Assembly: GCA_030390025.1 (NCBI GenBank)
Contig: CM059438.1
Span: forward strand, 78,244,001-78,308,000
Direction of reading: 5' to 3'
Length of the DNA: 64,000 nt
Origin: Squalus acanthias
Taxonomy: Eukaryota
Shown: positions 47,940 through 59,429 of the stretch, in pieces
How positions within the stretch are numbered: the first letter of the stretch is position 1
How the letters are laid out: every line of letters starts with the position of its first letter
Program-made: the position numbers and the translations under genes
The notes under the pieces: generated by a model
Told to the model about the DNA's origin: nothing
What the model saw: the letters and a program-made list of their open reading frames with translations, nothing else
Databases searched by the model: none

Positions 47940-47984
47940 AGGATTTAAATGCACTTTTTTGAACTATCAGGCATCAGCATCATT

Positions 47985-48080
47985 GACTTCAATGGAACTA
48001 AAAATCAGGAGAGATGTAAAACGGCCGGCCGATTCACTATCACCCATTTTACACTATTGCTCAAAGTCAAAATCTACCCC
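47985..48080 (+). mobile_element. MITE family E, right end
   Basis: ...ttttacactattgctcaaagtcaaaatctacccc. Confidence 0.55.
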
Positions 48081-49101
48081 TCTGAGTAATGATAACTATG
48101 TTGCAACTCAGCATTAATGTCAGAACATGACATCAAAAAAATCTGCGACATGGTTTTGGAGACACCTTTCTTAATTCCGAAAAGTTAATGTCCAATTTTC
48201 AGCCTGTAGCATCCATGTAAGGGTTAGTCAACAACAACTTGCATTTGTATAGTGTTTTTAATGTAGAAAAAATATCCCAAGGTGCTTTACAGAGAATCAT
48301 TAAACCAAGTGAGTCACATTCATTTCACTTAGAAGATTTATGTTCCAAACCTGCAATTAGGCCAGATGCCCGGTCCTACTTGTGTCACAAGTAGAATTCT
48401 TCAGCTTCTTACTGGATGTAACATGGGTTCCTCAGTCGGACTCCACGACATGGGATGCTAAGTCTTCATGGTCATCAACTGGGGAGAAAATGAAACTAAA
48501 AAAGGGCAAGCTTAAGTCATCAGTAGTAATAATCAACAGTGTGTCCTTAGTCTGTCGACTCAAATAAAACATGGGCCCATCAGACAAAGAAAAGGGATGG
48601 AGTAATTTGATGATCTCATGGGAATGATAATTGATCTTTGACTCGCTATTAGATTTTACTTTAGAAAAAGTAAGTGTGTTCCTCACCTCCCCCCCCCCCC
48701 CCCACACACACACACACATACACACACATTGTAATAGCGTTTTGACATTGTGTGTGTTTTACAAAGAAATGTTATTCCACCCACAGCATGACACCTACCG
48801 TACTTCAACCAGAAGAACTCTTTACCTGAATTGTAGTAAAACCCATCGGCTGTATATTAAACAAATTTACTTTAATTTGATTTGATTATTATTTTGATTT
48901 GATTATTATTCTAAATAGGGTAATTCACAATGACAATAATATATTTGATTGCAGAAGCCTGTCTTAGCTCATGGCTAATTTTCATTAGGGCTCAATGTCC
49001 TGTGCAAAATGCCAAATTAGTTCAGATGATTATGCACATTTTACAGTTTGGTATTTTTTTTAAGTTATGGGCCACTTTCTGTCCTATCGTCTCTACCTTT
49101 A

Positions 49102-49940
49102 CATAAGAACAGGAGGTGGCCATTCAGCCCCTCAAGCCTGTTCTTCCACTCAATTAGATCGTGCATGAACTGAACCTCAACTCCATTTACCTGCTTTTGT
49201 TCCATATCCCTCGATGCCCTTACCCAACAAAAATCTGTTGATCTTAGTCTTGAAAATTTCAATTGACCCAGCATCCACAGCCTTTTGGGGGAGTGAGTTT
49301 CAGAATTCCACTAACTTTTGAGCATAAAAGTGCTTCCTGATTTCATTTCTAAATGGCCCAGTTCTAATTTTAAGATTATGCCCTCTTGTTCTGGATTTCC
49401 CCACTAGAGGAACTAGGCTCTCTGTATCTACCTTATTGAATCCAAGTCTGTCATTTCATTATTATCCATTATAGTTCCAACTGCCTCCATCTTCAATCGG
49501 CCCACATTTCCCTTTACCACTCTCTTTCTCTTAATATATTTATAAAAGCTTTTACTGTTGGCTTTAATATCCCTTGCATGTTTTTTCATATTCCCTTTTT
49601 GCACATCTTATTACTTTCTTCTTATCCCTTTGTTGCTTTTTAGAGCCCCCCCAGTCTTCTGGATTTCTACCTTTCCTTGCATTTGTGTAAGCCTTTTCTT
49701 TTCACTTCTCTTACCTCATTTGGTGCTTAACTACACAAGTGGAGCCTTTGCCTCTTTGGGGTATGTGTACTGATTTTGTATTGTACCAAATCTTCAAATA
49801 CTTCCCACTGTTTGTCTGTAGGTTTACCCATTAGCAGTTTAGCCCAGTTTACTGCGGTTTTTTCATTTCTCATCTCTTCGAAGTTTGCCGTACTTAAATT
49901 CAGAAGCTGGGTTTGTGACTCTCCCTCTCAAACCTAATAT
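49102..49940 (-). mobile_element. CR1 fragments (3' end plus an older internal piece)
   Basis: CR1 tail and ORF2 end at 49102-49440, followed by decayed CR1-like sequence. Confidence 0.7.
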
Positions 49941-50159
49941 CAAGTCAGTCCCCCAGGATGTGCAGGCCCTGCCTCCGCTCCCATACCACGAGCACTCCTC
50001 TGATGGACAGCCACTAGGAGTTGTGTGAGAACTGCCTGGCACAGACTCCCCACCTGATGCTTAACCTCTGCTCACCTCCCTATAGCAGGGCATTGTGAAC
50101 AGGAACTCAGTGCAGTGGGGGATCGAACACATGTCCATTACTTCAAGGTGCTGCTCAAC

Positions 50160-50562
50160 TTTTTTAAAAATTCGTTTTATGGGATGTGGGCGTCGCTGGC
50201 AAGGCCAGCATTTATTGCCCATCCCTAGTTGCCCTTGAGAAGGTGGTGGTGAGCCGCCTTCTTGAACCGCTGCAGTCCGTGTTTTCATTCTTTTTATTGT
50301 TTTTCGTAGCGGTTTGTTACAACTGAATGGCTTGCTCGGCCATTTCAGAGGGCAGTTAAGAGTCAACCACATTGCTGTGGGTCTGGAGTCACATATAGGC
50401 CAGACCAGGTAAGGACGGCAGATTTCCTTCCCTAAAGGACATTAGTGAACCAGATGAGTTTTTACAACAAGCCGATAGTTTCATGGTCACCATTACTGAT
50501 GCTAGTAATTATTCCAGATTTATTTAATTAACTGAATTTAAATTCCCCAGCTGCCGTGGTGT
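50160..50562 (-). mobile_element. SINE of the 1977-2397 family, 5'-truncated
   Basis: Body nearly identical to 2075-2320, with the shared LINE tail. Confidence 0.82.
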
Positions 50563-50620
50563 CATACAGTTTACTATTTTAAGCCTGAAATAGAACACTA
50601 CTTTCAGGATATTCTGTTAA

Positions 50621-50720
50621 AGAAAGACTTGCAATTATATAGAGCCTTTCACGACCTCAAGAAGTTCCAAAGCGCTTTACAGCTAATGAAGTACTTTTGA
50701 AGTGTAGTCACTCATGTAAC
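50621..50720 (-). mobile_element. DeuSINE 3' fragment
   Basis: agaaagacttgca...tgaagtacttttgaagtgtagtcact. Confidence 0.7.
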
Positions 50721-50834
50721 GTTAGTGGCGACACTTTCAGCACTTACCAATAGTCATCTAAAAACCTACAACCGTGTGTGGAAATATGTTACTTTATATT
50801 TGACTCTGGTCTCAGATTCAGAAAATCTACCTCT

Positions 50835-50940
50835 ATTTGAAGGCTTATGGGGAAAGAGCAGGCAAGTGGGACTAATTGAATAGCTCTTTTAAAGGGCCGG
50901 CACAGGCACGATGGACCGAATGGATTTTTTTTCTGTACCT
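50835..50940 (+). mobile_element. CR1-like 3' tail
   Basis: ttatggggaaagagcaggcaagtggg...gccggcacaggcacgatggaccgaatgg. Confidence 0.6.
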
Positions 50941-52659
50941 TAACATCTAAATGCTGCACGTCACACACTTCCATCCCTTTGAGCGTCTAGTAGATGGTTG
51001 GGTAAAACGGAAGGTTTGGAGTGTCTGGTCGACAGTTCATTCCTGGATAAGACATTTTTAAAGAGAATAGAAAATCTTAAATGATGGCCATAATAAGGAA
51101 ACAGAACAACACAATCCATTCCAAAATACTGACTCGGGGAGAAGCAAAACAAGTAATATACTATTGAGGGGTGATATCCTCTGTGTACTGGGTATAGCAA
51201 AATCACAAACATGTTCTTTATAAACAGATTTACGATTTCACTACTCATAGCAGAGAACTCAAACGTCTTTACTGTCCGTTGAAAGAATGCAGGACTTAAA
51301 ATGAAGTACAAATGGTTCATATTGTTCCATCACTTTAATGCCATCCAGTTCTATACTGAGCAAGCTCCAGTGTGACAGGCAACTTTGAACTGAAAGGTGC
51401 CCATATATCAGTGATTTTATCATACTGGTACTTGCTTGGTATGAGGTGAAGCTGATTAATAAACAATGAATGTCATGGTAACCGCTCCCCGCTGTACACA
51501 CAATCCCACTGCTATATTGCTCTCTTCCAATCCAGTCACTCTGGGTCTAAAAGTCAACTACAATTTAAAATTTAGAATTTGGAAAAAAAAAATGTCTGAA
51601 CCTCGAAGTACAGAGCTAAACAATGTTAATGTCAGAGTGAGATCCATTAGGGACCAATTTATTTCAGCACAGATTATAATTAAAGGAGAATACTATTGCG
51701 GGAAACAAAGCCCTTCTCTCAGTGACCTTGAAAATATGTTTAACAATTATGCATCTTTCAGCCCAGGGCTGTGCCTGCTATCGAGAGATGTCATTTTGCA
51801 TCAGGTGGAGAGATAGATTTCTGCTAAGCAGACAGCACAAAATCAGCAAGTGGTGGCTCTGAAAGTACGGAGATCAGTATAATTTACTACTTCTCCCCCC
51901 AGTGTTGTATCTATTGCTCCCCTGGTTGGGGCTCTGTTCTGCAAGGGGCTTCCCGCCCCCCTCCTCTACCCTACCCAAGGGGCTGTTGCACATGTGCGAA
52001 CCTAGTTAATGACTGCTGGCTGGCCTTGACCAAGGGGGCATCGTGCTGAGGCCAATACTGTCCTTGCACAATGTCCACACAACATGGGTGACTGAATAGT
52101 GATGAGTAGCATGAACCCTTGCTGGGTTTTTTCCCCTCTTTAGCCCAGTTTGTACCGATACCAATAATGCTCTCTTACCTGCCACCCCTGCTGAGTTAGT
52201 TGATTTAAACATTTGTGACCTTGTGGTGTGTAAAGCTCAGTATCATTTCTAGATACTAATCCAGAGCTCATTCCCAAACACATTCTACTCAGCTAAATGT
52301 GTGCACTTAATTGGAGAAACCCATTAAAGTGAATTTTATAGTGTGCCAATCCAAGTAACACATTAACAAATACAAACCAGCATCATATTGTAAAACAATT
52401 ACTTCAGTCGCAGGTACAATAGCATTCAAGATGACCCCATTATAACTCATTTGCCTGCTTTATGTAGCAAACATGCATTTAGTGCAATAATAAGACTTTA
52501 TTTTATACAATATAATCGTATTTATCGGAAACAAAATAACACACATTCAATGCAGCATTCTGACAAATTCTTCTCTTTACGAGGCTTTTTTAACCTCTTA
52601 ACCTGCAACAATGACTTTAAGACAGTCTCAGAATGAGTTCCTGCAGCAATGCTGGTACT

Positions 52660-52678
52660 ACAGCGCCCCCTGAAGGCA
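52660..52678 (-). promoter_or_regulatory. Candidate CTCF motif
   Basis: Minus strand tgCCTTCAGGGGGCGCTgt, in unique sequence. Confidence 0.4.
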
Positions 52679-52844
52679 AATATCAGAATTAGAAGCTGTC
52701 GAAACAGCTTCACTGAATTTGACATTGCCTGCATTGATTTTTATCAAATACTGTGGTATGCACTTTGACATTGAATCCACTTTTTCATTCTGTAGTCCCC
52801 AGAAGTGTGGGTCATGGGAGAATGACCAAAGTCCACCACTCTCG

Positions 52845-53042
52845 TGTCAGCCGTGGCTCAGTTGGTAGCACGCCCTCCTCTGAGTCAGAAGGTCGTGGGT
52901 TTAAGTCCCACTTCAGAGACATAATCTAGGCTGACACTCCAGTGCAGTACTGAGGGAGTGCTGCACTGTTGGAGGTGCTGTCTTTTGGAAGAGACTTTAA
53001 ACTGAGGCCCTGTCTGCCCTGTCAGGTGGATGTAAAGAATCC
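52845..53042 (+). mobile_element. DeuSINE 5' half
   Basis: tRNA-like head gtggctcagttggtagcac...gtgggtttaagtccc followed by the Deu-like domain. Confidence 0.78.
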
Positions 53043-53242
53043 TTTTGACTTAAAGATGGTCAGAGCTGAATTTTAGATAGATTGAGGGATGGTCAGGGAT
53101 GAATTCTAAATAGTCAAATGTTTAGGGATGAAGTTTGGGAATTAATATGCCATTAATTACATTCCGACCCCCAAGCAACTTAAAGGAAATACCTATAAAT
53201 TCATGTTCTTGTACAATATCAACTCACATAAAAGAGAGAGAG

Positions 53243-53678
53243 AGAGACTTGCATTTCTTAGCGCCTTTCACAACCACCGGACATCACAAAGCACATTAAA
53301 GCCAATGAAGTACTTTTTGAAGTGTAGTCACTGTTGTAATGTAGGAAACGTGGCCAATTTGTGCACAGCAAGTTCCCACAAACAGCAATGTGATAATGAC
53401 CAGTTAATCTGTTTTTTTAGCGATGTTGATTGAGGGATAAATATTGGCCAGGACACCGGCGATAACTCCCCTGCTCTTCTTCGAAATAGTGCCATGGGAT
53501 CTTTTACATCCACCTGAGAGAGCAGACGGGGCCTTGGTTTAACGTCTCATCCGAAAGACGGCACCTCCGACAGTGCAGCGCTCCCTCAGCACTGTACTGG
53601 CAACCTAGATTTTTTCTTGCGCTCACAACCTTTTGACTCCGAGGCAAGGGTGCTACCAACTGAGCCACTGGCTGACAC
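53243..53678 (-). mobile_element. Near-complete SacSINE1-like DeuSINE
   Basis: Both the head (tgtcagccagtggctcagttggtagcac) and the L2-like tail are present. Confidence 0.85.
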
Positions 53679-55191
53679 TCAGCTACAGGTTTCCTTCTGC
53701 TGTTTCCATTGTGTAACAGTGCCGGTTAAATGACTTCACAGAGGAGGACACAGTTAATAAAAAAGAGCAATGGATATGCAGAATAGCAGCTGCCATTAAA
53801 TAAAGGATGTTCAACATCAGAAGTACAGAGCTACAGAAAGTGATCCACATATTGTATTTTATGAACAAGAAATACAGTCGTATGATTTTCTGATAATACA
53901 GTAGATAAAGCACCTTCCCTATAAAAAGTAAAGGTCTCTGGGTTCTAAAGCTGGTTCAGGGCTGGAATACTCATACACAACTCCTAAAGCTATGAGAGAT
54001 CCAAATCTTTCCTGTAATGTTTGACTGTATATGCAATTGTATGTATGCATCTAGCAGAGGGAGTAGGTGATGGACATAATGCTGTAATTCATTTGGCAGG
54101 CTCCTGGCTAGGAGATGTGTGGCGATCAAGGTCTCGTACATACCAGCCATCCACATTTGAAGTGAACAGTCAACGCTTTGGAGGCCCGGTCGTGCCCCGC
54201 TTCTTTCCCTCACTGCCACTCCAGGGCTCCTATCTCAGTCCTGTTGCTGCTGGTGCTGTAAGCCAAAGTGATTGAACACGACGGCATAATATTGGTGGGA
54301 ATTCTCGTGAATCCCGGAATTTCTGCTGGCAGCACACAGCCGCATTCAATCTGTTCAGCTTACAGCAGCAAGCAATAACATCAGGACTTGGGTCAGTGCT
54401 CCACAGTGGAGGGAGAGAAGGGGGAGGGGGAGGGGGCGGTTGAGTGCCAACTTGAACTGGGGGTTGGAAGAAAAGTATCAGCATAAACTTGGAGGGTCAG
54501 TGCACCTCTATGAACTCAATCTGGAAAGGGTAGCGTGCACTGTAAACTTGGGATGATTGGAGCAGGTAGGGTATCTAACAAACTGCGGGGAGGGGGATAA
54601 TTGGAGGGGGACTGTGACTATTGAGATAGGTTTTATGAAAGTGATTGTGCTGCTGAAACCCAAATGTCATCTATTTTTCCTTTTTAATATTAAAAGTATA
54701 TCAAGAATGTGGACTCGGCGTTGATTGAGTTTTGCGCGTGCCTAAGGCAGTTAATGATGAACAGTCAGTTCCAGAATGTGGTTTGTGAGCTTCAAATGTA
54801 GATTACCGAAGATTGAGCCTTAAAAAGGAATTCCATAAATGTGCATGAGAGAAAGACTATGATGTAAATAAAGATCAGGAGCTAACGCAGTCGATTTTAA
54901 AAAATGGGAGATGTTATAACTGAGGGTCACTTTACCACACGCAGCAGAATGATCTGATCCAGACAAAAGGCAGGATGAAAGAATGTTCTGACAAGAAGAA
55001 GTATGTCTGGCAGTTAAAGATCAAGTAGAGAGAAAAACTGTGAACAATGAAAAATATCTCCACAAACAAGTACTGTGACATACCAGAAGAGACCAGCTGT
55101 GACTTAAAACATAGATCATCATAAAGCCACAAGGAATGTACCCCACTAAGTCTGGTATAATTGGTATGACTGATTCCATAGACAATGAGAA

Positions 55192-55310
55192 TACATAGAA
55201 ACATAGAAACTAGGAGCAGGAGTAGGCCATTCGGCCCGTCGAGCCTGCTCCACCATTCAATACGATCATGGCTGATCATCCAAATCCAGTACCCTGTCCC
55301 TGCTTTCTCA
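55192..55310 (-). mobile_element. CR1 3' tail
   Basis: (catagaaa)n followed by taggagcaggagtaggccattcggccc. Confidence 0.8.
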
Positions 55311-55647
55311 CACAGAATCCCCATCGAGCCTGCACCGACACATATCCCACCCTATCCCCGTAACCCCACGTATTTAATTCCCCCTAACATATCCCTTCCT
55401 ATTCTATCCCCGTAACCCCACATATTTAATCCCCCCCCTAACAGTAAGGGTCAATTTATCATAGCCAAATCAACCTAACACGCACATTTTTGGACTGTGG
55501 GAGGAAACCGGAGCACCCGGAGGAAACCCACGCAGACACAGGGAGAACGTGCAAACTCCACACAGACAGTCACCCGAGGCCAGATTCGAACCCGGGTCCC
55601 TGGCGCTGTGAGGTACCAGTGCTAACCACTATGCCACCGTGTTGCCC
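55311..55647 (-). mobile_element. HE1-like V-SINE with an internal tandem duplication
   Basis: Matches 14428-14744; the ctatccccgtaacccca...ccctaaca unit occurs twice. Confidence 0.85.
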
Positions 55648-56058
55648 TATACGATTGTTCGTGAGAATGAGGACACATCAAATGTAGACTCAATAAAATT
55701 GTGATGCTCCATTAAAATGTTCTGCATATCTGAAGGATTATGTGATCAACTAAATAAAGTTAGACTGCATGATATAATGATTTGAAATATTTTATGATGT
55801 ATCCAATCTCAAGCCATGTGTCAGTATTGTCTTCATAGGAGTGTGTGCTGTTGCTGTGGAGCCTCATCTGTATGCAGTGTTGGCTCCCAAAATGACCCTA
55901 CATTATTATCATTCAGTTTAGTAATGGGATTAACGTCAATAAATCTGTTAATGCGTGCTAGAGTTAAACTAGTCTCAGCATTATGGTTCATGGTTACAGT
56001 TTCTTCTAGAAGTTTAGTGTTCAAACCGTGCACATGTACACGTGCAGTCTAACTTCTT

Positions 56059-56575
56059 AATGAGAAGTCGCACAACACCAGGTTATAGTCCAACAGATTT
56101 ATTTAATTTTACAAGCTTTCGGAGCGGTTCGCTCCTTCCTCAGGTAGGGTAGCAGTGAGAGAATCTCCCAGAATTCACAATATACACACAGAAAAAATCT
56201 ATTCAAATCTTTCCCTACATCAAAGACACACTAAGAGCACAGCCAAGACAATGAGATGTGTCCCAGGGGGTCCAACGTGTCAAAACACCTGCTGGCTGCA
56301 TATCCTGTCAATTTGTGTTGGTTCTTGTGTTAGTCTTTTTAAAAAAAAACACCTGGAAAGACCGGCCATGATGTCAAGTCACGTTCTGTATTGTGACATG
56401 AACCCGATATCGCGATTGAGGCCATCCTCATGAGTGCGGAACTTGGCTATCAGTTTCTGCTCTATGATTTTGCGCTGTCGTGTATCCCGAAGGCCGCCTT
56501 GGAGAACGCTTACCTGGTGTTGTGCGACTTCTCATTTTTGTCCACCCCAGTCCAACGCCGGCATCTCCACATCAT
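56059..56575. mobile_element. PLE family 2, inverted insertion
   Basis: Minus arm 56059-56511 encodes VSVLQGGLRDTRQRKIIEQKLIAKFRTHEDGLNRDIGFMSQY and a hammerhead. Plus arm 56512-56575 carries the 3' end. TSD taacttcttaatga at 56050-56063 and 56575-56588. Confidence 0.85.
56110..56146 (-). ncRNA. Minimal hammerhead ribozyme motif
   Basis: tac-CTGAGGA-a-ggagcg aac cgctcc-GAAA-gctt-gta. Confidence 0.65.
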
Positions 56576-56984
56576 AACTTCTTAATGATCTCAAAGTCTA
56601 TTGTCTCAATTGACAATATAGGAAGTGGTGTCAGTACAACTCCTGCAGACATTTCTTGCATTGGTGAAAGAGGTTGTTACCCACTCTCTTATTTTAGAGG
56701 TGGATTCATGGACGAGTCCAGCAGAGAAAATCAAATACTAAAACAAGAGTAAAATAAACTCTTTTTAAAAATGTGATTTATTAAATTCACCACAAGTTCT
56801 GTTGATGAAGGCGATATTAGTAAAATGTAAGTGGTGGGATATCACATAATAATTAACAGAGAGAGCTCAGAAAGATGTAAGCTGGCAGCATACAGGGCAG
56901 TGGGTTTGGGCTTCCCAATGTTACAAGTTAAATTAGTTTATGCTGTCTCATCTCGTCCAAGTCATCCGTTATAGTAATATATCT

Positions 56985-57366
56985 ACAACAACTTGCATTT
57001 ATATAGTGCCTTTAACATAGTAAAACGTCCCAAGGTGCTTCACAGAAGCATTATCAGACAGAATTTGATACCGAGTCACATAGAGATGTTAGGACAGGTG
57101 ACCAAAAGCTTGGTCAAAGAGGTAGGTTTCAAGGAGCGTCTTAAATGAGGATGGAGAGGTAGAGAGATGGAGATGTTTAGGGAGAGAAATCCAGGGCCTA
57201 GTGCCTAGGCAGCTGAAGGCACGGCCGCCAATGGTGGAGCAATGGAAATCAGGGATGCACAAGAGGCCAGAATTGGAGGAACGCAGAGATTCGGAGAGTT
57301 GTAGGGCTGGAGGAGGTTACAGAGATAGGGAGGGTAGAGGCCATGGAGGGATTTGAACACTAGGAT
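56985..57366 (-). mobile_element. L2 LINE 3' end
   Basis: Reverse complement resembles about 11000-11385. Confidence 0.85.
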
Positions 57367-57429
57367 ATCACATGTACATGATGCAAAATAATAATTTTAA
57401 ACACTCTGGCAATAAAGGATGGGGATACT

Positions 57430-58123
57430 CATAAGAACATAAGAACAAGGAGCAGGAGTAGGCCATTTGGCCCTTCGAGCCTGCTCCGCCATTCAATAAG
57501 ATCATGGCTGATCTTCTGCCTCGACTCCACTTTTCCACCCTATCCCCATATCCCTTGATTCCCTTAATATCCAAAAATCTATCAATCTCTGTCAATCTCT
57601 GTCTTGAATATACTCAATGACTGAGCATCCATAGCCCTCTGGGGTAGAGATTTCCAAAGATTCACAACCTTTGGAGTGAAGAAATATCTCCTCATCTCAG
57701 TCCTAAATGGCTGACCCTTTATTCTGAGATTGTGACCCCTAGTTCTAGACTACCAAGCCAGGGGAAACATCCTCCAGCATCTACTCTGTCAAGCCCCTTA
57801 AAAATTTTGTATGTTTCAATGAGATCACCTCTCATTCTTCTAAACTCTAGGGAATATAGGCCTAGTCTACTCAATCTCTCCTCACAGGACAATCCCCCCA
57901 TCCCAGGAATCAGTCTGGTGCACCTACATTGCACTCCCTCTAAGGCAAGTATATCCTTCCTTAGGTAAGCAGACCAAAACTGTACACAGTACTCCAGGTG
58001 TGGTCTCACTAAGGCCCTATATAATTGCAGTAAGACTTCTTTACACTTATATTCCAATCCCTTTGTAATAAAGGCTAATATACCATTTGCTTTCCTAGTT
58101 GCTTGCTGAACCTGCATGTTAAC
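57430..58123 (-). mobile_element. CR1 LINE 3' part
   Basis: LYRALVRPHLEYCVQFW...; tail repeat present. Confidence 0.92.
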
Positions 58124-59429
58124 TCATGAGCTCTGCTAGCATGAGGTGATGCGATATTAGTAGCAGTTTTTGAGGGTCAGACTAGCTCACCAGACACAGC
58201 AGGAGACAACATATATGATATAAATGTAAGTGAAACCAGGAAAAGGGAATTTTTTTAATGTCTAATAAGCATCTGGCACTGTTTCCTGGTGAGGTCCTAA
58301 TGAAAAAGAGCCAATGGATTTTCTTCATCCAGATTATACACACAATTCTGTCATGAAAACAAAATTCACACCTGAGTAAATGATCACTACAAGAAGTAGA
58401 CAATTTGATTATTTCAACCAAGGGACACTAGGGGGTGCCTCCTGTTCATGTAAAGAACATTAAATAGATCCTGAATCTTAGGCTGTTATCCCAGCATGAG
58501 TGGAGATGGGAGCTCTGGCTCTGAATTCTGGGATGATATGCAGCGAGAGACTTGCATCCGGTGGGTGTGGTGGCCTCCGCTCACTGCGTGGGTAGTGGGA
58601 GCCCACAAAACCCTCTCGCCGTATATGACTAACCACCCTATCGGCTGGTATAAAGATGGTTACGGCCACGGAAGGAGTGTTCACATCGCGGCCTGTCAGA
58701 CTGTTAATCAGCCTGCGAATCCTTCTACTATTCACACTGTTCCTCAAGGGAAGAGCACGAAGATACAAAAACAACCACCTCAATTCTACATGATAATAAA
58801 TGACGCTGTTGTGAACCTGCTGTTATATCTTTCTTCAAGCAAAATTCTCCACTAATGTTCTACTGATCTTCGACTACTAGATCCCACAACTGATGATCAG
58901 GTGAGGTAAGGCTCCTGGATTTTGTTAACCTGGCAGCCAAGAAGGCCTCTGTTTTTCTTTGGATCTTGGCATCTGCTGCCGGTCTAACTCTGGCCACTAA
59001 ACACACCACACCAGCACCAGTAGAATTTCTTTTGACCCTATCATGTTAAGGCACGACCTCATCATGTATGCAGCATCATTGTGATGACATCATAACATAA
59101 CTCATTTTATTCCATTAGATGTTCTGTGCATCTTGGTATGTTTTGACATCACAATGCAAATGCATTGCACATGCAGAGTGTGACATTGTCATGGCGAGTC
59201 TATGCATGCGCCCGATTCAGGAATGAAAAGAGCATGGTGCCACACCAGTGGGCAACCTGCATGCCAACCTGGATGTCAATAAGTGCTTGTTCATCATGCA
59301 GCAAGGTTGATCTGAAATTACTCTGACTGCTCCCCTCATTGGTACCTGGGGCGCTGAGACAAGGTTTACAATTTGATACTGCAACTTGAAAATACGCCCT
59401 CCTGAGATGTGGGTATAATGAGATGCAAA

